Positions 48,091 to 61,600 of a stretch of 64,000 bases of DNA are shown one piece after another (position 1 is the stretch's first letter; every line of letters starts with the position of its first letter). This DNA comes from Antedon mediterranea (lineage: Eukaryota > Animalia > Echinodermata), in NCBI RefSeq assembly GCF_964355755.1, contig NC_092679.1:22365432-22429431 (forward strand). The letters are read 5' to 3'. Under the pieces are notes generated by a model. It was not told where the DNA came from. It made no database searches and worked only from the letters and a program-made list of their open reading frames with translations. A program made the position numbers and the translations under genes.

Positions 48091-51000
48091 ATCGTATAGC
48101 TATTGATTGGATAAAGTAAATGATAATGATGAAAATGATTGCCTTGATGATGATAATGATAACAAATACATTTTTTATCCAATTTTGCAACTTATAATAA
48201 ATTACTGTATGTTCGATCAATTCTGAATGTTAAATGTTCTTAGTTTACAAAATTATTTCGGTTTTATCTCTACATGAACGCGAGAACCTGGACACTAGCT
48301 TGATTCGCCATTGGGGCCACCTTGCCGTATCATGTATCATGCTGTACAAGCAATGATAGTCTAACTCGGTTATTCAGAATTATTTATTCTTCGTGTTTTG
48401 TATCGAAAATGACATTCCTACGATAATTAAAATGATCATGATTGCGACTCGTATTGACAATAATAATCAGTGGATATGACATGCATCAGTCGATATTGAA
48501 ATTGTAATGATAAGTAGATAGTATTCTTGTTGTATACAACAGGATTCCTCATCCAAGACTTTAATTACTGTCTTTTCTCTCCAAGCTCAAATTAAATAGC
48601 GACCTTTCGCAGTTCCAGTGTGAGAGACAGTCGTTGATTGCAATTATTCTGCTTTGAGATTGACAATGATATGCGGTACTTAATTAAAACGATCCTATTT
48701 GATGAGAGTAGTTTTTATTACCTGAGAGAACTAGATTAAGAAGAGGCTACATTGGGGTTTTATTTAATTTTTTCATTTATTTAGGCCTATTCGACCAATA
48801 AACATTAAAATAATACAGAACAGAAACAAGGCACAACGGTCAGGGGAAACTTAAAAGCAAGACAATTACTATAACTCAAAGAGTCAGTTTCCCCTAAAAA
48901 TATCCAAATACAACAAATATTGCACCAAGTAAAACAATTGTACAAGCTTATTAAAAGTCTTTTTATACTCAAAATTAGAATAAGGGATCGGTACATAAAT
49001 ATACAAATTAATTGATTCATAATCGGGTAGGGTTGTATGGAGTGCTTATTTTGTAAATCGTGTGTGTATGATTCATAGTAGACTATTAATATTGTACCGT
49101 ATTATGACAACAAGGAGAAGTATAGTTACATACGAGACATAATGTTCAAATAAGATCAGAAAGAGACTACGTCACTGGGTTATACGGTATAGCTTCTCAT
49201 GGCCGGGCAAGTGTGTATATTTGAGATTATTTTTGTTGGGCGTTCAAATTTTAAACTTTTAACGCGTGGATATGGTTTTTAAACATAAATATTCAACCTG
49301 TGTTTTTTAAAATTGTCTAAAAAGAAATTAAAATTTATTATTAACATTTACATAATGGAAAGATTAATTTTATGAGTTAGATTAAGTAAAAAACAAAATA
49401 GTGAATATAATTGCGTCTTTTTTAGTTTGGATTGAATAACACTCAAATGATGAAATTCCGAATAATAAAGAGGGATGCAAATGAAATATGATATAATATT
49501 CTCATTATGTAAAACATACGTAAATACGACCAAATAACTTCAAAGAAAAGATACAAGTAATATCAATACGCGATCATCATCCGGGTACATTACAAGAGCA
49601 GCATCGTCTGCTATGCATATCGTTCGCGCGATGCATAATTAACCACCTCTAAACGTGCCCTAGTTAAATTGTAACCGATATTTCTCGACGACACATATTT
49701 CAAAAACACACGAGCCAAATGGATTTTTATACATTTCAACAACGTATCGAGGGTTTATGCGGATTTATGTACGAATAAAATTACCATATCACCGGCTAAA
49801 ACTGTTGGTAATAATAATTGCTCCGTTTATATTCAAACAGTTTAAAGGTAATAGCAAAATTAAGCTAAAATGATTTCGTCAAGTGGCGCTGAGTGGGAAC
49901 GGGATTTAGCTTAATGTATTTCTGGTACAAATCGCACTAGTAATCTACATAAGTTAAATTATATCGTTGGAATTCTAGTAGTTAATTCCATTTCTTTTGC
50001 ATACAATACTTTATTTAGAACAAAACTATGGAAGCCTATTCACGTTACTTGAGTAAAAACACAGAGCGCATTTTGGCCTCCGATTTTGGAGTGTATAAAG
50101 CGCCCAAATTACTGGCGGGCCTTCAAACCGTCTGCTTTTCAAATCCATCTCTCAATACCATGTAACTCTCTACCCTAAACCCCCAGGCCGAAATAACTTA
50201 AACCTACCATAACCTTGTTCTACGGCCTACTCAGACAACTAAATCTTTAGGCCTAGCCTAATCCATATCTCATCACTGACCGTCTTTGAGGTGCGCCATA
50301 CACATCGTACATAAAATTCATTTTGGTCGAAATTAAATGAACACGGTCAAATTTTCGATTATATATATATTATACTCAAGTGGCCCGAATAAGCTTTCGT
50401 ACAAAACAACGCATAATGTAGGCCTATTAAATTATTGTAGCGTCAGAGATTGCAGGCGAGTTTTGGTACTTGTGAATCCAGTTTGGCGCCAAGTCAGAAA
50501 TTGAAATATCCACATATTACATATTATAAAGTGACACAGTTTTCACGATCTTTAAAATGATGCATGAACACACAAGTATGAAACTAATTAGCATAATGCC
50601 GAAGAGCATCTTTTCTCATTCAAGGTAGAGTTGCAAATATAAATCCTTTTTTTATAAAAAAAAAAACCAGGGTGTCTCCTATTTTTACTTGATTTTCACG
50701 TATTCAAGTTCTCTGAAATTTAATGGTGATATTGAACGGTACTATTCAACGTATAGCTTTTTGAAAACACGAAACTGTAACTGTTGGGCGTTCAAACAGC
50801 TGGCACCTAAAGGCATAACATTCACGCGCGCGTACAATTTTCATCAACGTTTAGACACGCGCCTCACTTGTGGTTGACGCGCGCGTGCATAGTGCGTACT
50901 ATCACTGATATATGGCTTAGATCAGTTGACGATGATAGGAATGGCACAATAATAACGATTTTAATGATAAAAATGAAAATTTTTGTGAGGAAAATAATGC

Positions 51001-51324
51001 TAATGCCTTTCTGGAAGCTATTTGCGAATACTAGTTATTTCTGTTCTCAGTTGTATTTCGAAACTAAACAGTTATAATAAATATTTCGAGGAAAGCAATA
51101 TCCAACTTGTCAAAATGAGGACGACATGAATGAAAAATTTTGAAAGGTATGACTTGAGGTCACCCGTGAATAATATTAATGATGCTTATAACAAGAAATA
51201 TAGAATCTCTGGCGCTACCGAACTAAGGCCGACAAAAAATATATTTTATGCTGTAAAGGCAGACTCGCAACAAGTCAGCTGATTATGGTTCATCAGTACC
51301 GTAGTTAGGCCTCCTAAAACGTTA

Positions 51325-51654
51325 AGCTCTGTCTACACTATCAAACTAGTCCAACCAAAAAAAAAACACCCAAATATGGTAGTGATATGCTCAAATATGG
51401 TAGTGACATTACATCATCATGTCCATAACGGGCACATCACTTTTTTTTGTCTTGTTAGTTTGATAGTGTAGACAGAGCTTACTTAGCTACTTTCACACTG
51501 AAGCCAGGATTCGGCCCGGTGACGTCGCCGAAGGAAACCCCAGGCAGCTTACGGAAAAATGAGTAAGTGTAAACGGTTCCTTAAACACGTATATATGACG
51601 ATTTCACGGCTACCTGACCGGAATCTATGCATGCTCAGTAGTGTGAACATAGCT
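51325..51654. mobile_element. Harbinger MITE family 1 copy (51325-51479) beside another MITE (51485-51654)
   Basis: Family 1 TIRs. The second element has TIR AGCTACTTTCACACT / AGTGTGAACATAGCT. Confidence 0.7.
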
Positions 51655-52347
51655 TATCCGTCTTCAGTCGCGCACATGATTTGACCAATTACAATCGATT
51701 AATGAAAAAGAACACTGAATGATGTAGAATAGAGTTTAGATGATGGAAACGACATCGTGAACATAAAAACGAATTTAGTTGGGAATATTGAGTGCAAACT
51801 GAACAGCAGACGTCACTTTGAATCTCTCGCAGTCGCTTATCATTCAATGAAGATTGTAATCAAGTAGAAACCGTCAGAAAAGTAACACGACAGCTCATAT
51901 CAATTGAAAGAAATTGATCGAGTGTTGACTACTTCCGAAATCACTATCTTGTACATTATTATCAGTTTAGAGACGAGTGTAATTTCAGTCTTTTACGTAG
52001 CGATATAGCAATTGTATTGATACCATGCACATAGTCTCATTAGACCGGGCGAAGGAGTACAAGTAGTGTTTTCAGAAAGCTTGGCTCTTTCTTTCTGGCT
52101 GTTTTACTTGACCGTTTTGATTTAGCTTTCTGCTTATTTTATATGTATCCTTATTGAGATCCAGTCAATAATTTACCTTTTAACTTAATTATAAAAATGG
52201 TGATATACATGGTATTTATGTGATAATTATAGTGATTATAAGTAATGCATTATAAAAAGGTTACATCGGATATAGAAACATTTAGGATCGGAAAACATCG
52301 GAGAAACCTCGGCCAATCTCGGAGAACACCGGAAACCTCAGAGAACA

Positions 52348-52679
52348 TCGGAGAGAGTGAACTGGCCACACAAGAACCACGAGGCGTTGGCTGTACCGTA
52401 AATCTTCTGATAGTAACCCACACTCTAATAGTTACCCACACTCTAATAGTCACCCCCGGCTAATAGTAACCCGCCTTATAAGTTAATCTATAATAATAAT
52501 CCACTACAGGGTTACTATTAGAGTAGTGGATTATTATTATGATTAACTAAGGCGGGTTACTATTAGCCCGGGGGTGACTATTAGAGTGTGGGTTACTATT
52601 AGAGTGTGGGTTACTATCAGAAGATTTACGGTACAGCCAACGCCTCGTGGTTCTTGTGTGGCCAGTTCACTCTCTCCGA
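52348..52679. repeat. 332-bp near-perfect inverted repeat (fold-back)
   Basis: TCGGAGAGAGTGAACTGGCC...CCACTAC, 15-nt loop, GTAGTGG...GGCCAGTTCACTCTCTCCGA. Confidence 0.9.
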
Positions 52680-53075
52680 GTCACAAAAGAACTTATGACG
52701 CAGCCGTATTTTAACAAGGCCAACAGCCATAAGTCACGTGCTAAAACGCATAGTGATACCGGACCTACAGACAGACCGACAGACCGACCGACCGACATAA
52801 TGAACTATAGAGTCGCGTCCACGCGACTAAAAATGCATGTTGATCTCGGGAGTGGGGAGGATTGAATGTTTTTGAGTTTATGAAATAAGTTTGTTTATTC
52901 GTACTGTTTTATTATTTTGCTATGAGTTGCTGACCGGAAAAGTTCGGGGCGGGTTACTATTTTCATGTGCCCAATTTAAGATTAGTAATAGTAACCCACT
53001 ACTTTAATAGTAAACCACCTTAAAAAAACAATCAAATAATAATAACCCACGGTTACAATTAGAAGATTTACGGTA
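52395..53075. mobile_element. DNA transposon (TACCGTAAATCTTCT...AGAAGATTTACGGTA) carrying an inverted duplication and a nested HINE at 52713-52833
   Basis: TIRs at both ends. The right part is colinear with 25500-25830 except for the nested insert. Confidence 0.7.
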
Positions 53076-53673
53076 TTCGGATAAGATTTTACACTCATCT
53101 TTTAGTATATTCATAGATCATTCACACGAAGGCGGGATAAAAGAATAAGTTACGTCATTCAACCGTTTAATGGAGAACGTAATATGTTTTTATTCTCCAT
53201 TTAGTATTATCATTTTAAAGTGACACTGACGGCAAAAAACGAATAAATAAACCTACAAATTACTTGTATTTTATAACGGTTCGATTTAGTAGAATTGAGT
53301 TAAACGGCTACGACGTGCAGAATGCAAACTAAAATGAAAACGATTTACTAAAGTGTCGCTAAAACACCCTGAAGTGTTGTAATGTTCTTTCATGTTCTGT
53401 AAACACTGCATGCACCATCGAGGAAACGTAGAGATGTGTACGCCCGTTTGGAAAATATGGATATAACGTATAAACGATATATATAATATAATATGTAAAC
53501 AAATGAACAAAATTTAAAAAAAAAATGTATGTAAACAGATGATGAAAACAAACATTGTTAATAATAATATGCATAGTGTATTGAAATGAAAATGTTTTTA
53601 GAGAAAAATATTTGTAAAGAGATAGGAACATGTATGGAAATAAAAGTGGGATGAACTCACATAAGATAAAACA

Positions 53674-53676
<3 letters not shown>

Positions 53677-53730
<54 letters not shown>
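53677..53730. repeat. (AT)n microsatellite
   Basis: About 25 AT dinucleotides. Confidence 0.95.
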
Positions 53731-53732
<2 letters not shown>

Positions 53733-53920
53733 GTATCCAATCTGCAGACAGTACTGTTTCAATCTTATTAGATCTCGTCAATGCAGCTCAGGTTTCGAAA
53801 TGTTCAGAACTGGCACAATATATAGGCTGAGCCAGGTATGCGGGACATGGTACACTGATTATGAACACAAAGAGTGCACAAGCTCAACGATATACTGTAT
53901 ATAAAAGTTTTTTTTTATCA

Positions 53921-54078
53921 TGCTTGGTTCTCAAACTTGAGACGCAACGCAAGGACGTAAGCGCAAGGTACGTAATTTTACCAATCGTGACACAAGCGAT
54001 AGATCATCCGAATTGTCGCGTGTCAACTCGCTTGCGTTGCGTTTACGTCTTGCGTTACGTCCTAGTGTAAACCAAGCT
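53921..54078. mobile_element. Harbinger MITE family 2 copy
   Basis: GCTTGGTT...AACCAAGCT followed by TTA, with internal ACGCAACGCAAGGACG motifs. Confidence 0.7.
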
Positions 54079-55896
54079 TTAAATACATTTAAATATTATT
54101 ATTGTTTCGCTGTGTTCAGACACCTCTATGTAAAACAATGACGGATGTTCACCAATTAATTTTAGAGTTCTTGTAGGCGAGATTAGTGGTAAACAAAGCA
54201 AATCTCACTCTCTCCGCATTCGCGGATTTATAAATAAAATTTACTGGAAATTAAATCAAGACGAGAATAATTAAATTTATAAACGGCAAGTCAATAATGA
54301 GGACCGGTTTGTATTTGTATCATTGGGTTAATTGCTGTATATATCGATTATTTGGCGCCTTGTTAGCCGCCGCAGTTTGATTAAGACTTGATGCAATTTG
54401 CGTTCACAAACCTTTTAAATAAATCTGTTGCAAACTAATAACTTTGAAATGGATCCATTTTTTATGAGTTGGCGATTATTGATTGATTATGTATTCTGTA
54501 TCTATAATTGGTACAGTATCATAGGCAAATTCTGTAATACAGCGTCACATATGCATCACATGTAACACCAAAAGCCTCAAACCTAACCTAAACGATACAC
54601 AGGCACCACATTTGTGATATATTTGTGTGACCGATATTACTTACGATAGGGGCCTACTATATGTATTATATACCGTGTATACGTACGGAGCGCAGGACCA
54701 GAGAGAAGAGACAACGTTGTCGCACACGTTTGGTTCCCAATGGGACGCAAACACGCACAACGCAACTCATTTTTTTTATCAATTGCAATCAACGGAAAAT
54801 TTTCGTTGCGCGCGTTAGTGGTCTAATTGGTACATACTATCAATCGTAATACTTTGTAACCAAAGCGGGTTTCAATAATCCTGAATCCTATTATGCGCGC
54901 GATACCATAAACAATATAGACGCACGCGTACAATAAACGTATAATTAAAATGACCCACAAGGTTGACGCGCGCAAGAAACGTACCTTTTTAAAGTCACAA
55001 ACTTGACGTGCGTACAAAAAAACGTACAACTCAAACGCAACGAAGTAAACACATTTATCAACATTTAACATAATGACGTCATTTTTTTTTTGTCAAAGAT
55101 TAAACGCGCAATTTGAAGTGTTTCTTCCTCGTGTGCTAGTATGGTGTGGTGTATAATTATTTTATTATTGCGGATCTTTAATCGATTCGTTAGGCCTACT
55201 TAAATTTAAGTTAATTACATGTTAAACAAAACAATGTACCGCAGAACATTGTAATCCATAAACGCCGTATAGGTATTCCATAATTCCTTGAAATACAATA
55301 GTAATTGACGTCATTATGACGCAACAATCTTTATTTTAATTCTCCTTATTGCCATTAATGCAAAGTTTGTTTGTGAAGAAACCGATTTGAGGCGGTTTTA
55401 ATTTCCGTATACCGTGATAATTATATCAAACATACTGTAATGTACGTGGTGTAATATAACATGAATGTAATTATTCGGGATCAGGCTAGGAACATTTCAT
55501 AGTTTTTCGTAGAATACACGTCACCGAAACGAGGCGTTTTGTTTTCGTTCACTACCAACGCGTTTCCGCGTTCCTGATAGTGCGCATTTAAATAGCTAAT
55601 TTAGCAAAGAGTCTTAATTTAAGCTAGGATCTGTTTAACACCGCAACGCTTTTCTTACGTAATATTACGCAATAAACACGTTGAGGGCACACTAACAAGA
55701 GAGCCAGTATACTTCCGTATATATATAGTTGCTTTAATGATGATGTAGTGATATCATTTTCCGAGATTCCGAAGATATTAAAAATGTATTTTCACTGACA
55801 GAGAGAGAGCAATCGGTTTAATTCTCTTTCGATCGATACTTCTTGTGTCTGTCCTGAAAATCCGCAGTTTTTAAAGATTTGGAAAGTTGAGTAAGA

Positions 55897-56215
55897 GGGG
55901 AGTATATTCTTTGGGAAGGGGAATAATTATACTCTTTGGGGAGGGGGAGTATACTCTTTTGGAAGAGAGTGTACTCGTTGGGGAGGGAGTATACTCGTTG
56001 GGGAGGGAGTATACTCGTTGGGGAGGGAGTATACTCGTTGGGGAGGGAGTATACTCGTTGGGGAGGGAGTATACTCTTTGGGAGTGGAGTATACTTTTTT
56101 TGTGAGCGGAGTATATTCTTTGGGGAGGGAGAGGAAGTATACTCTTTGGGGAGGGGGATGGATTATACTCTTTGGGGAGGTGGATGGGAATATACTCTTT
56201 GTGGGAGGGGAGTAT
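55897..56215. repeat. 20-bp minisatellite GAGTATACTCGTTGGGGAGG
   Basis: About 5 pure copies at 55968-56078 with degenerate flanks. Confidence 0.92.
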
Positions 56216-58692
56216 TATGTGCAAAATCGTAATAAATATTCAGAAAGAAATCAGACATTTGTATTATGCAACATTCATATTATTTATTTGATGAATAAAC
56301 CATGAACCATTACGTGACTATATATACCTGTATCAGCACTAAACAAAGAAAATAACACCACTACAACCGGACCCTAATGTGGGATAGTGCATGTATACAC
56401 TATGATCTGAGACTATCACCCAATTCTCTGCACTGTATCTCCACATATGGCATAATAATTGTACAGTATCGTGGCAAATTCTATAATACAGTGTAACATA
56501 TTGTGCATGGTGGTTTATGTCACATGTGATACATATGTGACACTGTATTACAGAATGTGCCTGTGAAACTGTACACATTCTGTAAAACAGTGTCACATAT
56601 GTGTCACATGTTGTGCATAGTGGTTTATGTTAAAGTTGAATTGAATCAATTGAAAACATTTTTGGCTGGGTTTATGACCCATGATACAGGTGTGTTACAT
56701 ATGTTAAACTGTATTACAGAATCTGCCTGTGATACTGTACAAATTATTGATACAGTACAAAACATCGGCTAACACTATTCTATAAGTAACTATGCCAACT
56801 AAAAAATGATAAATAATCTTATTAAAATACGTACAACAAACACACTAACAGGAGACAATGTTCATATTAAAAAATTAAATATATGAAAATATATGACCAT
56901 ACTGAAATTACATCATTATTATGGTTAGTTATGCTTTTCAACTTACTATAATAGGCATTAAAGTAATAATATATTTATTATACCGTGAGCGATAAATTAC
57001 TTCCCTTCAAGATCAAAACTGCGTACTTGATACATTCAGCCGATTGATGCGAGATTATAACACATGATTCTCACAAATTACTAGTTATTACCTCTGATAT
57101 TCTAAGGTATTTTATTGCCATTTTGTTGTTATACAAGCCAATTTTTTATTTAGTTATATATTTCTTAAGATTTCTTTTAGAATTGTTTAATAGTATTCGA
57201 TTAAGTACATTTGTACATGCATAATTGTAAACAGTGGTAATTTTATCCTATTTTAGGCGAGTACAGTATGGCAAAAATAGGGAGAGAATAATTCATTTTC
57301 ATAATATCCATTCAAAAATCTTTTGAACTTGGGATGAAAAACATGCATACACATCATGACATTAATGTGGCCCTTGGGTGAAAAAATGAAGCTTAAATTT
57401 TCAGCAAAACCTGGCAATTTCATACTACCTACAATATTTCATATGGCACAAAAACACCCAATAATAATATACTACTACACAGAACATAGAGCAAACAAAC
57501 AGATATTTATTAAAAAGAGAAGTTTTTAGCGGTCTAAATGCAGAGAAGCAATAGGGTAATAATATAGGCCTATCTAATTATATTAAATTACTAAAATTGT
57601 ATCTAGTTAGCTATCCTAAGCCAATTGTTTTCCCGATAAAGCCAACAATTCTTAATACATTTGAAATAAAGTTGTGCAGCGTGCATTAGAACTGCATAAA
57701 TGTTATAGACGTACAGCACATGCTCACAAGCAAACACATGTTGTGATACTATATGCAAATATGCTAAATTTGCATAATTACTATGTATCTCCGATTGCAT
57801 TACACAGTATAGGAATAGAGGATGTAAATTTAGCTCAAATATGCAAATTAGATTGTCGCATATAATTAGCATAATGAGTCCAGATAACATCTACTGCTAA
57901 GTAGTGTTTGTTACAGTGCGGTATTTTAAGAAAACAGTTTATGATCCAAAGTATAGGTAGCAGAGAAAACAGATGGAGGTTATCTAGCATAAATGCTTCA
58001 ACATTAAACAAATGTGTTATTGGCTCAATCTTTGGATATGCCATTTAATTTCAGTGGGGGAAACATTTTATTTTATACAATTAAGACTAAAAACAATTGT
58101 TGGTCCAATAATGTACTATCTAGCTTTTAAATCTCCACAACGTTTTTTCATTTGAACATTTTCGGACAAGAATATGGAAGAAATAAAGGAACATTTTAAA
58201 GTAAATAAAGGTTGATTTTTGTTTTAAATCGAATTATACACGTAATGAAAAAAGTGAACAGCACTGCTTAAATTATTATTTTAAAAAGCATGGGTATACA
58301 AAGCATCGTACAATGCAATTGTGATGGGTTTGTTTTTTTTAGATTATGGCCTCCAATGTTCAATAACACCACGACAATTGTTGTTGACTTGCTCAACTAG
58401 GCCTAGTAAAAGTTAATAAAGAAAATTCTATTTGTGTATGATAAAGTCCACTGATAAATACAAAAATGTTTCTTTTGCGAGAAATAAAATTCATGTTATC
58501 GCAAATCTTGCTAGCTTGATTCTCAATGTATTAAATCTTTATTATTATTATTATTTGTATCGTGTAAATTATTACCAAGTCTTAAAAACAGTAAAATGAA
58601 GAAAAGAGTATACAAATGACAATACCCATACGTCAATGATAAATGACCCGACTGTTTGATTGGTCAATCCACATCATCCAATGTCCAAACCA

Positions 58693-61600
58693 TTACTGAA
58701 CCTGTTCGACACGAGTATCATCGTCTGAAACAAAAAGCAATATTAATTTTTAATATTCATGGTTGCAAATAATTTATACCTATACCTATTTGATTCCAAT
58801 TTTGTAGGTCGAAAAAAACTTGTATAAATAATAATATTTTTGATTTATTCATCATTCCAACAAACATTGTTCATGGCTCTGTGGACTGGAAAAAAACAGG
58901 CTTAAAGTGACTATGTCAAAATTATTTAATTTAATAGCAAAAAAAATAAATTACCATCCTGGTCTTCGGATTCTGCGGTCCAAAGGGTAAGGTTATCACG
59001 GAGCAACTGCATAATCAGCGTCGAATCCTTATATGTTCCCGTTTGCTGATCCTGCTCTACATCAACCATGGCTTCATCGAATGCGGTTTTCGCCAGAGTA
59101 CAGGCTTTTTCGGGATCGTTTAGGATTTCGTAGTAGAAGACGGAGAAATTCAATGCGAGTCCTAGACGTATTGGGTTCGTTGGTGCCAATTGGGTTTTAG
59201 CTTTTTCCAGCGCCTGTTTGTACGCCTCAAGGCTTTCTTCGGTGCAAGCTTGTCGGTCTTCGGTTGATTTGAACTCGGCTAAGTATCGATGGTAATCGCC
59301 TTTCCTGCATAAAAAAATTAATATATTGATGTTAAGTTCTGTCTACACTATCAAATTTTATATGATGTGTCCAAATATGGTAGTGTTATGTTTGAATATG
59401 GTAATGATATGACATCATCATGTCCATATATGGGCACATCACTTTTGTTGTCACATAAAGTGTGATAGTGTTGACAAAGTTTAAATTATTATATCATTCA
59501 CACTTTAAGAGCCAGATTAGAGAATAGAGTGGTTAAAAGATCAATCAATTAAATTTTATTCCATGAAAATAATATTAGATTATTATGTACATCATGGTCA
59601 TTATTATGTAAATTTTATGGCCGTATTCACCAATCACACTTAAGTGAGATATTTCCCTTAAATATTTAAGTATTTCACTTAACTCAATAAATATTTTAAA
59701 TTGTATTCATTTAGATAGAAGATTTTTCCCTTAGCCTAAGTGTGAAAGGTGAATTCGGCCACTGGATTTTAGACCAAGTCACGGCCCAAGCTTTATAATG
59801 TACATAAACACATTGTGATGTGTCACAGTTAACACAAGATTTTACATTACATCGCAATCACTAGTACTAGTAATGCATTACTTCTAAAACCTTACTTATG
59901 CTAACATTTTTGACAATGTCAAATCACTAACTCCATTCTCGACACAGGAAGTAGTTCAATTTGATTAGCGAATTTGTGACCTGCAATCACACTTGTGTTT
60001 ATTATCTAACTGGATTTACAATTGGGAGGATTAACCTCAACTGCTGTTATTAAGCTATTTCCTTTATCTAGACATCGTTCATATCCAGTAACTGTAGTAC
60101 CCCTCTTTTGGGACACCCCTATTCAGAGGAAAACTCATTTGGGACATCCCTTTTAGGGGGACACTATCTATTAAGGGGACACTTGACACACATGATACGA
60201 ACAAGAGAAATATATATTGTACCAACAACCAATGCTAACCCTATTCATAGGACACTTCTATTAAGGGGACACTTTACAATGATACGAACAAGAGAAATAT
60301 ATATTGTACCAACAACCAATGCTAACCCCTATTCATAGGACACCTCTATTAAGGGGACACTTTCTTGGGTCCTCTTAAAGGGGTTGTCCTAAAATGGAGA
60401 CATCATCTCACTAATATTCTATATGAACTAGAAACACGGTATACAGAACAATAGCAATGCCAAGGTCAGGTCAAGGTTTTTTGTGAAAATTGTTAAACTG
60501 TATGACATATGACAACCAAAGCGGAAATATTACACAATACTTGCGCTATAGTAACTTGCTTTATAATGTTGGGTTGGTTTTAAGCTTATAGCTTACTGTA
60601 TATGATCCTTGTTAATGGTTAGTTCTTTATACAACTGTGCCATATTGCAGACAAAATATTTCCTTTATTTTATGTTGTTTCAAATTGAAAATACTAATAG
60701 TACAATCTGCTAATGCCCATTTGCTTCCACATGCCATTCACAGACAAACTGTGTAAACATACTTACATTTTCAAATAAAATACAGAGGATTCAACTTCTT
60801 CAGTATTTGGAATTAAATGATCTTGAAGCAGATCGAGAACTTCTTTACAAGTGACATTCAATTCTTCCTCAATCTAAAAATGAGATTAAAATCAATATTT
60901 GATAATCGATATTTGATAATCAATATTCGATATTTGATAATCAATATTTGATAAATTGATATTTTATAATTGATACTTGGTAATCAATACTTGATAATCG
61001 ATATTTGATCACTATTTGGTAATCGATATTTGGTAATCAATATTTGGTAATCAATACTTGATAATCAATATTAGCTAATCATCAATCAGACTTGCAACAA
61101 TGCAATTCATGCTCAAACAATAAACAATCAATATTTGATTTTATTTACATAGGAATACAAGCACAGTATTGTTTAAATATTTGCATTTGCAAAGAAACAC
61201 TGTACTGTAAGGTTTGTGGTAATAATTCCTGAAAAGGAAGCAAGAAAAGTTAAGGATGTCAATCGTCAAACTTCCTTTTCAAAGGATACCAACATATTTT
61301 TTTTAATGTAGGCATTGGCTATGAACAGACAGTGAATAAAAACAAAATCTTTTTTATTGTCTCATACTGTAGGGGGTCATTCATTTTTTTAAAGTGTTAT
61401 TTTCCTTTTACGGTACTGTAAATAAACCTAAAGAGAACAATAAATAAACAGTGAAATACCACACAATACAATAACAGTTCAAAATACTTTCTAATGAATA
61501 ATATAGTTTTGACATTTTTTAGTAAGTTGTACATACTGATGAACAATCCGAACAAATTGCCATTAAGCTCCGTGTACACTATTAAACTTTATGTAACAAC

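Noticed and set aside
57740-57880. Cluster of octamer motifs (ATGCAAAT/ATTTGCAT)
   Set aside because: It looks like subterminal repeats of a decayed transposon, with no independent evidence of enhancer function.
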